This document shows, one piece after another, positions 1 through 9,172 of a stretch of DNA of 61,687 nt. The position numbers and the translations under genes were made by a program. Under the pieces are notes generated by a model that was not told where the DNA came from, did no database searches, and saw only the letters and a list, made by a program, of their open reading frames with translations. Within the stretch, counting starts at the first letter, position 1. Each line of letters starts with the position of its first letter. The DNA is from an uncultured Enterobacterales bacterium (GTDB lineage Bacteria; Myxococcota_A; UBA796; CAJQPC01), in NCBI GenBank assembly GCA_964610645.1, contig CAZSZE010000018.1:1-61687 (forward strand), in the 5' to 3' direction.

Positions 1-112
1 CATCGGCATCGGCATCGGCATCGGCATCGGCATCGGCATCGGCATCGGCATCGGCGTCGGCATCGGCATCGGCATCGGCATCGGCGTCCGCATCGGTATC
101 AGCGTCTGCATC
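1..112. repeat. (CATCGG)n hexamer tandem repeat encoding poly(Asp-Ala)
   Basis: Near-perfect CATCGG units from base 1, degenerating towards ~112. Confidence 0.95.
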
Positions 113-205
113 CGTGTCCGGCGCCGTGTCCCCTGTGTCCTTGCCCCCGCCCGGACAGGCCAGCAATCCAAAAAACACCGCACCACAAAGCAAGATTCGT
201 CGCAT
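1..205 (-). CDS. Lipoprotein with Asp-Ala (DADADA) repeat, 5' part only; runs off the window edge
   Basis: Manual translation from ATG at 205 (GGAGG RBS at 211-215): MRRILLCGAVFFGLLAC-PGGGKDTGDTAPDTDADADTDADADAD...; LLAC lipobox; absent from the ORF track because there is no stop in the window. Confidence 0.85.
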   Translation of the reverse strand, partial: MRRILLCGAVFFGLLACPGGGKDTGDTAPDTDADADTDADADADADADADADADADADADADADADAD

Positions 206-267
206 GCCATCCTCCCGGGGAACGTTGGTTCTACCATGGGTCTCCCCAGACGGGTGCACACCTGGGA

Positions 268-1593
268 TCAGTGCTGGACCCTGGGCAGGTAGGTCTCCCA
301 GTCAAAGCGTCCCTGATCCTGCTCTCCATCGTGGCACTGCTCGCAGGTGGCCCGTTCCACCCGGCGCTGGATCGTGCCCGCGACCGGTGCTGCAAGGTGG
401 GTTTCCCCCGGGCCATGGCAGGACTCACACCCTACGTTCCGCAAGATGCCCACCTGGGAGGGGTGCACCGGCCCACGGGGGTCCTGGGCGCCGGTCACGT
501 GGCAGGCAAAGCAGTCCAGGTCCATGGACCGCCCCACCTGCTCCAGGGTGCCGAGGGCGTGGCTGTGTCCCGTGGTTCGCCACTGGGCGAACTGGGCCGG
601 GTGGCAGCCAAGGCAGGCACTGGACCCGACAAAGGGTCCCGACCACTCCACATCCCGGGGAGCCTGGGCCGCTGCGGCAATGCGCGGCTTGGCAGCCTCC
701 ACCAACTTCTGGGTCGCTGCGTGCTCCCCGATGCCAGCGTTCAGGTCAACAACCAGGTTCTTGAACCGGTGGTGCGGACCCCGTTCTCCTGACGGCCCCC
801 ATCCCACTCCACCGGGCCGGGCCTCCAGGGACAACAGCCCCAATCTCTTTCCCCGAGAGCCAGCCCCCAGCTCAAACCCACCCCCCTCCAGGGGCTTTGG
901 GTTCACCCAGGTGCGGCGTGCGTGGCCATCGATGACAAAATCCACCTCGGCAAGGCGCCCCAATTCCGCCACCTGCGTCGCTGTTCCGTGGGCGATCACC
1001 ACCCGCACATCCACCGGACCCTGCCGTCCGATCTCCTCCTGCACCCCTTTCACCCCCGTTCCCCCGTCGCAGCCCATAGGGCCCGCCCCCACCATGCCGA
1101 TCAACCCCACCCGGATCCCGCCTCTCTCGAGCACCCGCCCGCCATCAAACCGCGTCTCCCCACAGACAAGGCCCGCTGCCAGCACCGGCAGATCATGCGC
1201 CTGCACCACCTCCAGAAAGGCATCCAACCCCAGGGAAAAATCCCCCTCCCCCGGGACAAACGCATCCAGCCCTCCCAGGGAGAGGGCTTCCGCCTGGAGC
1301 ATGGCCTTCTCCACCTGCTGCGCCTTGCGGGCCGGCGCCAGCACGCGCGACTTCCAGAACAGGTCCCCCCCGTCCACCACCACCACCGCTCCCTCTGACT
1401 TCACCCCCTCCAGCAGCACCGCTCGCCTGGACAGACCGCCCAGAGGATTCTTGGGTCAGCCACAGGGCTCGATCTCACCGTCTACGTTGTGGGAGTAAAC
1501 CAGTGTGACGCGGGCGGGTTCCGCTCTTCCAGCCTGGGGTTGGCTCCCGAGACAACCGGCGAGAAGGGCTCCTGCAATTGTCGCAGAAATCAT
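268..1593 (-). CDS. Selenocysteine-containing lipoprotein: UshA/5'-nucleotidase-like N-domain (CGU motif) fused to a tetraheme c-type cytochrome domain
   Basis: The frame of ORF 268..1419 continues upstream through a single TGA (1456-1458) to ATG 1593, which overlaps the upstream stop (ATGA). MISATIAGALLAGC lipobox; GEIEPCG-U-PKNPLGGLSRRA; VDGGD, IAHG and IDGH motifs; CLGCH, CFACH, CESCH, CEQCH. Confidence 0.88.
1426..1446 (-). promoter_or_regulatory. Bacterial SECIS element
   Basis: mRNA UGA CCC AAG AAU CCU CUG GGC GGU CUG UCC AGG: stem CUGGGC/GUCCAG with GGUCU loop; GGU CUG at codons +7/+8 after the UGA, the same position as in the E. coli fdhF SECIS. Confidence 0.8.
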
Positions 1594-3059
1594 TCGGCCT
1601 CGGATCGTGCCAAGTCCATGGCATCGCGCCGCTCTTCCTTGTCATCGTCCCGGTCCACTTTTCGACTGTGCTCCCGCACCGCGTCCTGCAGCACCGAAAG
1701 GGCGCCGCGATCCACGAGGTACACCGCCGGTTCCTCCTCCACCTTGGCGAAGTAGCGCTCAATGGGGCGCTCCTCCGGGTCCATCCAGGGCTCCCCCTCT
1801 CCCCCGATCAACAACGTGCGCTGGGTGCCATCGCTTGTCGCAACAATGGCCCGTGCGATGGGCGCATCCAAGCCGTAGAGGCCCAGATTCCCAGGGGCAT
1901 CCGCCACAAATTCCTCGGCCCGAACCGCTGCCACCCGCGAGGCCACGCGCTCGGGCGTCGATCCCGGCACCGGCTGTCCATCGGCCCACTCCCACTTGGA
2001 GACCCCCTTCTGCAGGTGAACCTCCCCGGCCGGGTCTCCCTCGTCCCCCTCTGCAAGCCAGACCTTCAGGGCCACCACATCGCTGCCCTCCATGCGCATG
2101 AAGCGCCGAAGCCGCAGCGTCTCGGGGTCCCCACCGTACTCGTCCAGCAGCGCCTGCCGGGCGGTGTACACCGTGCGGTCCCCCTCGATGATCATGTAGG
2201 CCAGCTCCTCGTCCTCCGCATCGGACACCGGGCGCCCAATGCGCAAGACCAGGGGGTCTCGGTTCCCGAAGTGCAGGGTGATCAACGCCCGGGGTGTGTC
2301 CAGGCCGTACAAGCCCAAGTCGGAGTCATCCCCCTCCGGCAGGTCCCGGGCAAACTCCCGGGCCTTCAGGCCCGATACACGCCCCATGAGGGATCGGGCC
2401 TTGTCCCGGGAGGCCGCCATGGGAAAGGGCTCCGTGAGCTCCCACAGGTGCTCTCCGAGGCGCTGTAGACGCAGGCGGTCTCCACCGGGCAGGTCCGCCT
2501 CAATGCCCTCCACGTCCTTGGAGTCAAAGGAGGCAAAGCGCCGCTCCCGGAACTCGTCCAGGGTGAAGGAGTAGTAGTCCACGGCGCTCTTCTTCACCGT
2601 GTAGATGCGATCTCCGGGAATGGGCTTGATGTAGTAGCTGACGCTGCTTGGGTTCGGGTCCCCGGCCAGGAACTCGATGGGATCCCCCTCCCGAAGCTCC
2701 ACGCGCACGTGCACGGCCTGGGCCCCCAGCCCGTAGAGGGCCATGTCCTCCGTGGCCTCGATCACCGTGGCCCGGGCGTTCAGGTCATGGAGCTGGTGCT
2801 TGACCCGGTTGACCATGGATCGCGAAGCAAGAAAGCCGGTTTCTTCCAACACCCATCCCGCATCGGTTTCCTTGAGCACCAGGGTGTCCTCCGGGCGCTT
2901 CACCTCGACCCGAACCACCTCTTGCTTTTCAAAGCGAAACAGCGCCGGCTCCATGCTGTCCACAAAGGTCGGCGCCACGTCCGGCGCGAAGAAGTCGGCA
3001 CCGAACCAGGCCAGGGCCAGGAGCACCGCCACCACAAATGTGCCGCGAAATGCCTTCAT
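1590..3059 (-). CDS. DUF4340 domain-containing protein (Gld-like ABC accessory)
   Basis: N-terminal TM segment, three repeated ...YGL.. units; ATG 3059 overlaps the GldG-like stop; usual position after GldG-like genes. Confidence 0.8.
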   Translation of the reverse strand: MKAFRGTFVVAVLLALAWFGADFFAPDVAPTFVDSMEPALFRFEKQEVVRVEVKRPEDTLVLKETDAGWVLEETGFLASRSMVNRVKHQLHDLNARATVIEATEDMALYGLGAQAVHVRVELREGDPIEFLAGDPNPSSVSYYIKPIPGDRIYTVKKSAVDYYSFTLDEFRERRFASFDSKDVEGIEADLPGGDRLRLQRLGEHLWELTEPFPMAASRDKARSLMGRVSGLKAREFARDLPEGDDSDLGLYGLDTPRALITLHFGNRDPLVLRIGRPVSDAEDEELAYMIIEGDRTVYTARQALLDEYGGDPETLRLRRFMRMEGSDVVALKVWLAEGDEGDPAGEVHLQKGVSKWEWADGQPVPGSTPERVASRVAAVRAEEFVADAPGNLGLYGLDAPIARAIVATSDGTQRTLLIGGEGEPWMDPEERPIERYFAKVEEEPAVYLVDRGALSVLQDAVREHSRKVDRDDDKEERRDAMDLARSEAE

Positions 3060-4528
3060 CTTCCCCTCCTGGAGGCCCACACAGCACCGCCCAAGAGCAG
3101 CGTCAGCAAGGGCAGCAGCCCCAGGGCCACCCAGCGAATGACCCCCCGATCCTCAGCGGTCAAGGCCAGGCGCCGCACGGTGGTGGGCCGCCCCACCACG
3201 GAAAGGCGTGCCTCATCCCCCAGGAGCCAGCGAAAAGCGTTCACCAGGAACGAGGCGTTGCCGGGCCCTTCTGCCAAGAGCTGGTTGGTGGCCATTTCGG
3301 AATCCCCCACCACCACCGCACGGGCCACAGGCCGACCCGGGCTGACCGGTCCTTCCTCACCGGGAAGCACCTGCACCGCCAGAGACATGATCCCCGGGCC
3401 CTCCCCATCGATCTCCGGTTGGTACAGGGCCGTGCCTCCCTCCAGGGGGCCACCGCGCTCGATCCACCCGGACCGCGCCGTTTGGAGCAACGGCTCGTGG
3501 CGCAGCCAGGCCGGCGCCTCCACGGGGGAGACCAGGGGCGCGATGTGCGCCAGGACCGTCACCAGCTTCTCCTCTGCGAGATCCTGGGTGATGGCGTGGG
3601 AGCGGTACCGGGGCACGGGACGGTCGTTGTACGGAAACACCAGGGTGCGATCCATGACCAGGCCATCGGCCACCGTGACCCCAAAAGACTCCAGAATCGA
3701 TGGAACAGGATGTCCCGGATCCACCCAGATCATCAGGGCACCGCCCCTCCCCACGTACTCGGCGAGGGCCGTCTCCTCCGCCACCGTCAGCAGGGCCCGG
3801 GGACGGGCCAACAACAAGGCCGCTGCATCAAGAGGAATCGATGGAGCCACATCCCCCAGGCGATCCCGAAACAGGTCCAGGGTCTCCACCTCGTAGTTCT
3901 CCTTGTCCAGGATCTCGACCAGGTTCGTCAGCCCCCCCGGCCCCCGGTCCTCCACATCCCGCTCTCCGTGGCCCTCAAGGGAGTAGATCACCTTCTTGCG
4001 CTTGGAGAGCAGCTGGGAGGCAGCGCGGTTGAAGGCCGCCTCCCCCAGGAATTCCATGCGCCGATCGGCCCCCTTGCCCACCCGTCGAAAGAGGTCCCGA
4101 TCCCGCAGGTCCACCCGGTCCTCTCCCCGCTGGATGGTCAGGTGGCCGTATTCCCCGACCCCCAGCTCCTCCGCGGTGAGGCGCTCCCGGTCAAAATCCA
4201 CCACCCGCCAGTTCACCACCGGCGAGGCATGCCCCAGCTCCTCGAGGAAGTCCCGCGAGGCCCGGTTTTTGAAGTAGGTGTCCTTTTTTCCCTGTTGGGC
4301 CGTGAAGGCCGTGATCTTCACCTCGACCCCTTCGGCCTCCAGGAGCTCCAGCTTGTGAACGGTACCCCGCTGCAGCTTGCTGGCTGCATCCTCGGACAAG
4401 TCCCAGCGCAACGGACTGCGCTCGGCGACTCCCACCACCACCCCCACCAAGAGCACCACCAGGGCGCTCATGAGGGTCGCGTTGCCTCCATGGGCCAGGC
4501 GACGACGGCTCTGGAGATTCAACGCCAC
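3056..4528 (-). CDS. GldG-family ABC transporter auxiliary protein
   Basis: RWDLSED, YSLEGHGE, VVVGDSEM motifs; N- and C-terminal TM helices. Confidence 0.85.
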   Translation of the reverse strand: MALNLQSRRRLAHGGNATLMSALVVLLVGVVVGVAERSPLRWDLSEDAASKLQRGTVHKLELLEAEGVEVKITAFTAQQGKKDTYFKNRASRDFLEELGHASPVVNWRVVDFDRERLTAEELGVGEYGHLTIQRGEDRVDLRDRDLFRRVGKGADRRMEFLGEAAFNRAASQLLSKRKKVIYSLEGHGERDVEDRGPGGLTNLVEILDKENYEVETLDLFRDRLGDVAPSIPLDAAALLLARPRALLTVAEETALAEYVGRGGALMIWVDPGHPVPSILESFGVTVADGLVMDRTLVFPYNDRPVPRYRSHAITQDLAEEKLVTVLAHIAPLVSPVEAPAWLRHEPLLQTARSGWIERGGPLEGGTALYQPEIDGEGPGIMSLAVQVLPGEEGPVSPGRPVARAVVVGDSEMATNQLLAEGPGNASFLVNAFRWLLGDEARLSVVGRPTTVRRLALTAEDRGVIRWVALGLLPLLTLLLGGAVWASRRGR

Positions 4529-5229
4529 CGGCGGGACTCCAGGGACCGGAAGGTCAGGAAGAGAAAGATGAAGGTGAAGCCAGCGAACCAGGCCAGGTCC
4601 CCCGTGTCGACAATCCCCCGGTTGAAGTCCCGCAAGTGCGGCAGCAGCGCGAGCTTCTCCAGGCGGGGGGCCCAGGTCTCACCCACCAGGCGGACGGCGC
4701 TCCCCATGAGCCAGAAGGGAAGGAGAATCAGGATGCCCCCCAACCCGGCAGCCACCGCATCCTCGGTCAGGGAGGAGGCAAACAAGCCCGCCGCACAGAA
4801 GGCGCCGCAGCTCAAAATCAGGCCCAGGTAGGAGGTGAGGACAATCCCCCAGTCCGGGTCCCCGTACCAGGAGAGAATCCATGGAAACAGGAGCGTACCG
4901 GCGAGCATCACCCCGCACAAACTCCAGGAGGCCAGCCACTTGCCCAACACCAGGGAGGGAAGGGACAAAGGCACCGTCATCAGCAGCTCCAGGGTGCCGC
5001 CGCGCTGCTCCTGGGAAAAGTGGCCCATGGTGAGCATGGGCAGCACGAAGATCAGGGAAATGGAGAGGTTGCCCAGCATCACCCGCAGGGAGGCCTCCCC
5101 GGTCAGGGCAATGCCCAGGTAGAAAAACACCCCGGCCAGAAACAGGAAGGCGCTCAGGAAGGCATACGCCAGGGGGCTCACAAAGTAGCTCCGCATCTCC
5201 TTGCGGTAGATGGCCCACATGCCGCTCAT
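4519..5229 (-). CDS. ABC-2 type permease (GldF-like)
   Basis: KEMRSYFVSPLAY, EQRGGTLELLMTVP, LGKWLA; ~6 TM helices. Confidence 0.9.
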   Translation of the reverse strand: MSGMWAIYRKEMRSYFVSPLAYAFLSAFLFLAGVFFYLGIALTGEASLRVMLGNLSISLIFVLPMLTMGHFSQEQRGGTLELLMTVPLSLPSLVLGKWLASWSLCGVMLAGTLLFPWILSWYGDPDWGIVLTSYLGLILSCGAFCAAGLFASSLTEDAVAAGLGGILILLPFWLMGSAVRLVGETWAPRLEKLALLPHLRDFNRGIVDTGDLAWFAGFTFIFLFLTFRSLESRRWR

Positions 5230-6152
5230 GCGGCCTCCTCGCCAATGAGGGAGAGAAAGGCGGCCTCCAGCCCGGGAAGGTGGGCCTCCAGGGACGCGAT
5301 CTGCCAGCCCTTGGCCGCAGCCATCTTTGAGATCTCCTCCCGGGGATCCGCAGGAGCGCTGACTTCCAGCACGCCATCGGTCCGGGGATGCACGCGCGTC
5401 ACGACGGTGAGATTCCCCACCGCCACCGCCTGCTCGGAGGCATCCGGTGCATTTCCACCAAACTCCACGTGCCAGGTGGGCTCGCCCCCGTGGGCGCAGA
5501 CCTCTTCCAGGGTGCCATCCGCCACGATTCGGGACCGATCGATGACCACCACCCGGCTGGCCAGGGCTTCCACCTCTCGAAGAATGTGGGTGGAGAGGAT
5601 CACCGTGCGCTCCGTCGCCAGCTCGGCGATGAGGCGTCGGACTCCCAGGTTCTGCGCCGGGTCCAGGCCACTGGTGGGCTCGTCGAGAATCAGGACCTGG
5701 GGGTCATGGACCAGGGCCTGGGCAATGCCCACGCGCTGCCGGTACCCCTTGGACAGGCTGCCGAGAATCCGCGATTCCCACCCGGTGAGCCCCACGCGCT
5801 CCATGATCGAACCAATGCGGGCCAGGGACTCGCTGGCGGGCACCTCGCGCAGCTGGGCCACAAACTTCAGGTACTGGCCCACCGTGAGCTCCCGGTACAA
5901 GGGCGGGGTCTCCGGCAGGTAGCCCACGGCCCGCTTGACCTCCCGGGGGGACTCAAACACATCGTGTCCCGCTACGATGGCAACTCCTGCCGTGGCCGGA
6001 AGGAAGCCCGTGAGGATACGCATGGTCGTTGTCTTGCCCGCACCGTTGGGACCGATGAACCCCAGGACCTCCCCCTTGTCCACCGCAAAGCTGACCTGGT
6101 CGATCGCCGTCAGATCGCCGTACCGCTTCGTCAATTTCCGGGCTTCGATCAT
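5226..6152 (-). CDS. ABC transporter ATP-binding protein (GldA-like)
   Basis: GPNGAGKT, LSKGYRQR, ILDEPTSGLDP; start trimmed to MIEARK (ATG 6152 with GGAG RBS). Confidence 0.93.
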   Translation of the reverse strand: MIEARKLTKRYGDLTAIDQVSFAVDKGEVLGFIGPNGAGKTTTMRILTGFLPATAGVAIVAGHDVFESPREVKRAVGYLPETPPLYRELTVGQYLKFVAQLREVPASESLARIGSIMERVGLTGWESRILGSLSKGYRQRVGIAQALVHDPQVLILDEPTSGLDPAQNLGVRRLIAELATERTVILSTHILREVEALASRVVVIDRSRIVADGTLEEVCAHGGEPTWHVEFGGNAPDASEQAVAVGNLTVVTRVHPRTDGVLEVSAPADPREEISKMAAAKGWQIASLEAHLPGLEAAFLSLIGEEAA

Positions 6153-6182
6153 GGTCTCCCCGCGCTGCGGAGTGGGAGTGTA

Positions 6183-6761
6183 ATGTCTCCCCACCGGATC
6201 ACACAGGTGTGGGTGCTGGTTCTGGGGACCTCCTTGTCCTTGGAGGCCTTTGCGTCCGATGGGAAAGAGCCTGGCGCCGTCCTGGCCGACCGGGTCGTGT
6301 CCGTGCTGGGGGAGTCCATCATCACGCTGACGGAGGTGGGGTTTGAAGAGGCACTTCATCCCCATGTGGCGAGCCCCATCCCCCCACTTGCCAATCCGGA
6401 CATGGAGGCTCTTCAGCGCCTGGAGGACATGCGCTTACTGCTCCTCCTGGCGGGAGATGTGCCGCTCTACGCCCCGGATCGCAGCCAACTGGATGCGCGG
6501 CTGGTCGCGGTCCGTTCCACCTGGGACGGGGAGAAGGCCTACCTTGCCTTCCTGGCCCAATGGGGCATGACCGAGGCCGACCTGCGATCCCACCTTCGGA
6601 ACCGCATGGTGGTGGAGTCCTACATCCACCGGAACGTGGGGCTGTCCCTGGAGTGGGAGTCCGAGCAAGTGGGGTGGGCCGCCGTCTACATCACCGCGTA
6701 CGAGGACTGGATTGCCCCCCGGCGCACCGAAGCCCGAGCGCGACGGATTCCCGCCCGATGA
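6183..6761 (+). CDS. Exported protein with SurA N-terminal-like domain
   Basis: Signal peptide-like N-terminus, DRVVSVLGESIITLTEV, FLAQWGMTEADLRSHLRNRM; stop overlaps the rimI ATG. Confidence 0.6.
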   Translation: MSPHRITQVWVLVLGTSLSLEAFASDGKEPGAVLADRVVSVLGESIITLTEVGFEEALHPHVASPIPPLANPDMEALQRLEDMRLLLLLAGDVPLYAPDRSQLDARLVAVRSTWDGEKAYLAFLAQWGMTEADLRSHLRNRMVVESYIHRNVGLSLEWESEQVGWAAVYITAYEDWIAPRRTEARARRIPAR

Positions 6762-7204
6762 TTCGCACTGGCACCGAGGCCGACCTGGAGGGGGTGCTGA
6801 AAATCGAGCAGGTGGCCCAGCCCCCCGGCTGGTCCCGGGCACAATTTCGCGAGGAGCTCCAGCGGCCCGGTGGGCACTTTCTGGTGGCCGAGGTGGAAGG
6901 CAGCGTGTGCGGCTTTGCCATCGGCTGGACGGTGGCGGAGCAAACCCACATCCTGAACGTGGCGGTGCACCCGGACCGCCGTCGCCAGGGAATCGCGCGC
7001 AACCTGGTGGAGGCTGTCGTAGCGAGTGGCGGCGGGGAGGAAGCCCTGCTGGAGCTTCGCGCCTCGAATACGGCAGCTTGCGCCCTCTACGAAGCCCTGG
7101 GCTTTCAGGAGGTGGGCCGGCGCACGGGGTACTACCGAGACGGCGAGGATGCGATCCTCATGACGCTACCCGCTGCCGAAGTGGTACTTCCGGGCAAAGG
7201 CTGA
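6758..7204 (+). CDS. rimI: Ribosomal protein S18-alanine N-acetyltransferase
   Basis: HILNVAVHPDRRRQGIA, LELRASNTAA..LYE.LGF..VGRR.GYY..GEDAILM. Confidence 0.9.
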   Translation: MIRTGTEADLEGVLKIEQVAQPPGWSRAQFREELQRPGGHFLVAEVEGSVCGFAIGWTVAEQTHILNVAVHPDRRRQGIARNLVEAVVASGGGEEALLELRASNTAACALYEALGFQEVGRRTGYYRDGEDAILMTLPAAEVVLPGKG

Positions 7205-7999
7205 AGCCACGGTGATCTTGGGGAAGTGCAGGTCCGTCATCTGGCGCTTCAGGCATGCCTCCAGGGACTTGTCGCGCACCGTCAGGGCCCGCACGCGAAT
7301 GCTGCTGGGAGACCCACTTGGCTGCACGGTGAAGCTCACCATCCAGGATCCCTTCAAGCCCTCCAATTCCTTGAGGCGCTGGTTGTAGCACTGCTCGAAG
7401 CGTCCGTTGTTGGCCCGAAGGGTGTGGGTGATGGCCTCCGCGATCTCGTCCGGGTTTGAGAGGGCATCCGGGGCCAACTGCAGACGGCGCGGAATCACCA
7501 CCGGCCCGCCGGAAGACAGGGTGGCAGGCTCCTGGGTGGTCCCAGCGCGCGAGGCGTGGTTGGAAGAGGCGGGGTAGGACGTCTTCTGCTGGTTGCTGGG
7601 GGCGCTCGGCATGGACACCACCGCAGCCTGTGCCGGCTCCTCGGGCTCCTCCGGTGCGTTTTCCTTCAAGGCATCGGACATGGCCTGGGCCTGGGCTTCG
7701 GGATCCGCGCTGTTTTCAAACAACTCGAACTCACCGTCCAACTCCTCGCCAGGCAGGGGAGTTCCCCGGATCTGGGTGAAGATCCCACCCCCCACAATCG
7801 CCAGGAGCGCCGCGGCAGCCACCACGCGCCCCATGCCAGGACCCCCGGATTCCGCCTTCTTGGCCTCCGCCTTCTTGGACCCACCCGGATCGGTTGGAGT
7901 CTCCTCCCCCGGGATTGCATTGAAGCAATGGGGGCAGGAGCCGCCATAGAGGACCAGGTCTTCCTCTACTTCCGCTCGACAGAACGGACATTCAGGCAT
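7166..7999 (-). CDS. Zinc-ribbon / TM / AgmX-PglI C-terminal (TonB_C-like) domain protein
   Basis: CPFC...CPHC, one TM helix, low-complexity linker, C-terminal FEQCYNQRLK..LKG...SFTV..SG...LEACL...LHFP; start uncertain. Confidence 0.7.
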   Translation of the reverse strand: MPECPFCRAEVEEDLVLYGGSCPHCFNAIPGEETPTDPGGSKKAEAKKAESGGPGMGRVVAAAALLAIVGGGIFTQIRGTPLPGEELDGEFELFENSADPEAQAQAMSDALKENAPEEPEEPAQAAVVSMPSAPSNQQKTSYPASSNHASRAGTTQEPATLSSGGPVVIPRRLQLAPDALSNPDEIAEAITHTLRANNGRFEQCYNQRLKELEGLKGSWMVSFTVQPSGSPSSIRVRALTVRDKSLEACLKRQMTDLHFPKITVASAFARKYHFGSG

Positions 8000-8152
8000 G
8001 CAGGTCTCCAATTCCTCGAGGTGCAACGAGTCCGCCCGGATCGCCGCCATGATGGCAACGGTAGCACTTGCCCCCAGAATACGGCAACCGGGGCACCCAT
8101 CGTGAATCTCCAGTTGACACGGTGTGCACCACATCGCACCCTACCTGTCGCC

Positions 8153-8461
8153 ATGGGCAGCCTCTCCGACTTCATTCGTTCCGCCTCCTCCGATTCCATG
8201 CTGCCCTTCCTGCAGCAGGCCCTCACCGACGTGGTGATGGAGGTTCTGGGCGAACGCCAGGTGCCCACGCGCACCGACTTCCGGGAGCTTCGCGACGTGG
8301 TGAACAAGATGCGGTCGTCCGTGACCGCCACCACCACTTCCGTGAAGAAGATGGAGGAGCGACTGGTGGCCATGGAGCAGCGAGTGGCGGCGCTGGAGAA
8401 GAAGAAGCCCCGCAAGGCCCCGGCGAGAAAGAAGGGAGCCACCGCGAAGAAGAAGGCCTAG
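8153..8461 (+). CDS. Small coiled-coil protein with Lys/Ala-rich tail (phasin/PhaF-like?)
   Basis: MGSLSDFIR..., VPTRTDFRELRD, coiled coil, tail KKKPRKAPARKKGATAKKKA; strong GC3 codon bias. Confidence 0.65.
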   Translation: MGSLSDFIRSASSDSMLPFLQQALTDVVMEVLGERQVPTRTDFRELRDVVNKMRSSVTATTTSVKKMEERLVAMEQRVAALEKKKPRKAPARKKGATAKKKA

Positions 8462-8539
8462 GCCCGGACGCCCCGAAGCTGCCAAAGTCACGACCTGACC
8501 CCACTTCTCAGGTGATCCAGTCGCCTCGGACGTGTGACC

Positions 8540-9121
8540 ATGATCTGTACACCTGCAAAGGCGCTCAATGGCCCAGTCCGGCTCTTGGCTGCGGTCTTTT
8601 TGCTTTCGTCCTGCATCGACGGAGACAACGCGGATCCTGAAGGTTGCAAGACCGAGTTGCAGCCCAGTCCAAGCAGCCTGGTGGGCGAATGGATGGGAGA
8701 TTTCGAGATATCCATTTTCGCTGGGGAAGACGCTGACGTCGCAGTAGATGGATGCGAGGGTTCCATCGATCTCGTCTTGGAGGAATCCGGGGACAATCTG
8801 TCGGGATCTGGGACCTGCGACTGTCAACCCAGTGACTTCTACCCGGGTATTCTGGAGGCCGAGTGGACATGTCTTGTAGAAGTTTCAAGCTATGGGCCCG
8901 TCGGAGATTGTCGTACCTCAGGGGATGCCGCTGCCAATCTCGCGGTCCTTCGGATGGAATTGGCGGATCCGGAAAGTGGGTCTGGCTTGGTTTGGGATAG
9001 CTGGATTACATTTTCTTCCGAACAGACGATTGCACTTCACGAAACAGCGTCGGTGGAGGCCTCCTCAGGACCTGAAACTGCAGTTTGGATGGAGCTGACC
9101 CGCCTTCAACTTTCGAGGTAA
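8540..9121 (+). CDS. Hypothetical acidic, Cys-rich lipoprotein
   Basis: FLLSSC lipobox; visibly lower GC and weaker codon bias than its neighbours. Confidence 0.65.
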   Translation: MICTPAKALNGPVRLLAAVFLLSSCIDGDNADPEGCKTELQPSPSSLVGEWMGDFEISIFAGEDADVAVDGCEGSIDLVLEESGDNLSGSGTCDCQPSDFYPGILEAEWTCLVEVSSYGPVGDCRTSGDAAANLAVLRMELADPESGSGLVWDSWITFSSEQTIALHETASVEASSGPETAVWMELTRLQLSR

Positions 9122-9163
9122 TTGCCCCCGCGTGGGCAACCCATCATCGGAAACAGGTTCCGA
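9122..9163. terminator. Two small hairpins between convergent genes (possible terminator)
   Basis: TTGCCC-n6-GGGCAA (9122-9139) and TCGGAA-n5-TTCCGA (9147-9163); no U-tract. Confidence 0.3.
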
Positions 9164-9172
9164 CGGGGACCC

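Noticed and set aside
1456-1458. The TGA as a pseudogene-causing nonsense mutation
   Set aside because: It falls at a CxC-type position, is followed by a SECIS-like hairpin, and both flanks are intact; Sec recoding is the better explanation, though unproven.
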